Positions 61,493 to 64,000 of a stretch of DNA of 64,000 nt are shown piece by piece; positions within the stretch are counted from its first letter, which is position 1, and the number at the start of each line of letters is the position of its first letter. The position numbers were made by a program, and so were the translations under genes. The notes beneath the pieces were generated by a model that searched no databases, was not told the origin of the DNA, and saw only the letters and a list, made by a program, of their open reading frames with translations. Where the stretch lies: IMG/VR virus record IMGVR_UViG_3300037507_003370, positions 1 through 64,000 of that record. One strand, 5' to 3'. Source of the DNA: a virus (taxonomy: Duplodnaviria; Caudoviricetes).

Positions 61493-64000
61493 ATGTATAT
61501 AAAATATTATGATAATGTAGGAGAATTAGGTTCTGTAGCATTAACTAGCAATGTATTGACAACGATCAATCTTCCTAATGGAGAATTTGTTTCTATAGGA
61601 ACAGACTATCGCCCATTTTTTAATTATGTACAACCTGGCGATTTGTTTTATGTTAAAGCATCTCAAACATCAGCATTTACTATATGTCTTGGTAAATATA
61701 ATATAGATGGATTTAATAATAGATCTATAGAAGTATTGCACATAATATCTTCTTATGGTACTTTAAACCCATCTGTAAATACGGAGATTACTATAGAAAA
61801 CAGTAATTCTCTATCAAATAGAATAGCCAGTAATGCTGTTTTTCTTAAAAATATAAATAATTTTGTTCCAGAACTTTTAACATCAGACTATGTAATTTCA
61901 TTAAGCGGTAATATGAATGTTACGCTACCGCCAGCAACTATAAACAATATAAACTTAAAATATGGATTTTTACTAGCAAACAAAAATAATACCACAGATA
62001 ATCTAGTTATATCAGCATCTGGATCAAATAACATATTAACTAAATCTGGTACCTCTAATAGTGTTAGCGTTACTGGTGTTGGAAGTTATGTAGAACTTAT
62101 AGCTGGCTCTGGTGGAACTTGGTATAAACTATTTAGTAATGAAGAAATGTCTGGAGGTGGTTCTAGTCTTGGTATGCCGGTAAAGTCATTACAATACAAC
62201 AATAATAATTCTCAAGCTGGAGCAAAGGCTTATTGGGATGATACATTTAAAACTTTATACTTTGGTGAAACAAATAATGTTACTAATGCCGATGTTGTAA
62301 TAAGCGCTACACAAAATAAGACATCTGGCATATATCCATTTTTACTAAAGCTTAATAATGGAAATTATTTTGCTCTCACAAAAGAAGGAAAAGTAGGGAT
62401 AAACACACCTAGTCTACCTTTGTATGAATCTTCTCCTAATTTTCATGTTGTGGGAAGATGTGCTGTATTCGAAGGTATATGCGGGGCTGGTGGCGTTGCA
62501 CTAACGCTATATAATAATCCAGAAGTAGTTCCGCAATCAGGTAGTTTGGCTGGTACAGTAAATCTATCAGCAAGAAATAGCAATAGAAATGTAGTAAACT
62601 TTGCGCAAGTACAATCAAAAATTCTAAATCCAATCAAAGGACAAACACAAGGACAATTTTTAGTCAATGTGGATGTTTCTGGAGTACCTAAGAATTTACT
62701 AAAACTAGACAATAGTAATGTTGTACTAGGTTCGAATGAAGTAGATTCATCTGCTAATTCTATAGTGCTAGGCAAAAATAATAATACTGATAATCTCAAA
62801 AATTCTGCTATAGTCGGAAACGATAATAGCATTGCAAATGCAAATAATGTATTTGTATTAGGTTCTGGAAATAGTATAGATTTTATAAAAAATAGTGTGA
62901 AATTTGTTCTTTCTGAACCAAATGTTGGAAGTTTCAGCGGTTTGGATTGGGCAGATCTTGATGGTATGGTTTCTGGCGATATTGTTGAAGTAACTAATAA
63001 TGGTTTAAATAATGGCTACTACATAGCTTCAGATAGTATTTGGACTCCATTAGATAATTCCACAGCAATAGCCTATCTTGGAACTTCTAATCTATTAGTT
63101 GGCACAGACAATACTCTCTCTGGAAATAATCTCGTTGTATTTGGAAACAACACTAATGTTAGTGGTAACAATTTAAGCGTATTTGGTAGCTTTAATAATA
63201 TAAGAACCCAAAATATACAAAACATAATTCTGCCAAATAATACATTATTTAATAATGTTACTGTTATTGGAGAGTATAACGACATTGCTTCAAGCGGACT
63301 AATAATTCTAGGAAATCAAAATTCTGCTAGTGGCGTAAACGGAATGCTTCTTGTTGGATCAGAAAACATTTCTACAAGCGGATCTATTAATAGCATCATT
63401 ATTGGAGATAACAATAATTTAATTACTATTTCCGGTATCTCTATAGGAAATAATAATAGTGGAACTCTAATATCTTCAAGTCTTTTTGGTATAAATAACT
63501 CTATTGCACTATCTAATTCTTATCTTTTAGGAAATAATAATAGAGCAACTGGAGTATTAAATAATATTATAGGCTCATCAAACTCTATTGTTTTAAGCTC
63601 TGGTAATATTGTAGGAACTAATAATGTAGCACAAGGTAATTCCATAAATGCATTAGGAAACAATATTAATATATCAGGAGCAAATAATATTTCTGTTGGA
63701 AGCAATGTTAGAGCAACAGGTAATAATAATATTTTAATTGGAAATAATAATACTAATATAGATTTAATAAATAATACAACAATATTATCTAATAATTTTA
63801 ATCATTCTGGTTCAATATCTTCATCTTTTATTTTATCAAACAATGTTTCTATATCTAGTGGAGTTTATACAGATCTAAACATTTTAGGAACCAATAATAC
63901 AGTTAATTCAGGAATAGCAAATGTATTAATTTTAGGAGATAACAATAATTTAAACAATGTTTTTGATCTTACTTGGCCTTCTTTAGCATTTGTCTCTAAT
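61493..64000 (+). CDS. Fibre/adhesin-like protein, partial (runs off window)
   Basis: ATG 5 nt after TMP stop, frame open at the points checked through 64000; YadA-head-like repeats (NSIVLGKNN, SAIVGNDN, NVFVLGSGN); absent from track because it has no stop. Confidence 0.7.
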   Translation, partial: MYIKYYDNVGELGSVALTSNVLTTINLPNGEFVSIGTDYRPFFNYVQPGDLFYVKASQTSAFTICLGKYNIDGFNNRSIEVLHIISSYGTLNPSVNTEITIENSNSLSNRIASNAVFLKNINNFVPELLTSDYVISLSGNMNVTLPPATINNINLKYGFLLANKNNTTDNLVISASGSNNILTKSGTSNSVSVTGVGSYVELIAGSGGTWYKLFSNEEMSGGGSSLGMPVKSLQYNNNNSQAGAKAYWDDTFKTLYFGETNNVTNADVVISATQNKTSGIYPFLLKLNNGNYFALTKEGKVGINTPSLPLYESSPNFHVVGRCAVFEGICGAGGVALTLYNNPEVVPQSGSLAGTVNLSARNSNRNVVNFAQVQSKILNPIKGQTQGQFLVNVDVSGVPKNLLKLDNSNVVLGSNEVDSSANSIVLGKNNNTDNLKNSAIVGNDNSIANANNVFVLGSGNSIDFIKNSVKFVLSEPNVGSFSGLDWADLDGMVSGDIVEVTNNGLNNGYYIASDSIWTPLDNSTAIAYLGTSNLLVGTDNTLSGNNLVVFGNNTNVSGNNLSVFGSFNNIRTQNIQNIILPNNTLFNNVTVIGEYNDIASSGLIILGNQNSASGVNGMLLVGSENISTSGSINSIIIGDNNNLITISGISIGNNNSGTLISSSLFGINNSIALSNSYLLGNNNRATGVLNNIIGSSNSIVLSSGNIVGTNNVAQGNSINALGNNINISGANNISVGSNVRATGNNNILIGNNNTNIDLINNTTILSNNFNHSGSISSSFILSNNVSISSGVYTDLNILGTNNTVNSGIANVLILGDNNNLNNVFDLTWPSLAFVSN

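Noticed and set aside
15114-63705. Minus-strand ORFs across the structural region
   Set aside because: Antisense to long, coupled plus-strand genes; low-complexity translations with no RBS or promoter support.
14245-64000. Stop-codon reassignment
   Set aside because: Very long ORFs are intact in the standard code, and TAG/TGA stops are followed directly by the next gene start.

Overview
64 kb segment of a large, long-tailed dsDNA phage, standard genetic code. (1) 1-12950, minus strand, visibly higher GC: early/accessory region of small ORFs, three canonical tRNAs (Asp, Arg, Glu), one aberrant tRNA-like gene and two candidate structured ncRNAs. It is divided into promoter+gene cassettes by a family of 80-bp double-palindrome elements (11 complete, 4 partial, fixed 11-5-11/26/11-5-11 geometry). 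It also holds near-consensus sigma70 promoters with a shared CGATAA motif, sigma54-type -24/-12 motifs and an HU/IHF gene. (2) 12950-14240: repeat-rich non-coding junction, SAM decarboxylase-like gene, small HTH gene. (3) 14245-64000, plus strand, AT-rich: sigma-like factor, packaging operon (probable TerS, Gmd, HNH, ERCC4 nuclease, TerL), portal, protease/scaffold, capsid, fibres, RgpF-like glycan enzyme, neck/tail genes and a 4648-aa tape measure protein. The tape measure carries five enzyme-like cassettes separated by repeated (F/Y)xxGG motifs. Best candidates for a new system: the 80-bp element cassette array and the polyprotein-like tape measure. All product calls come from motif recognition by eye; no database search was run.
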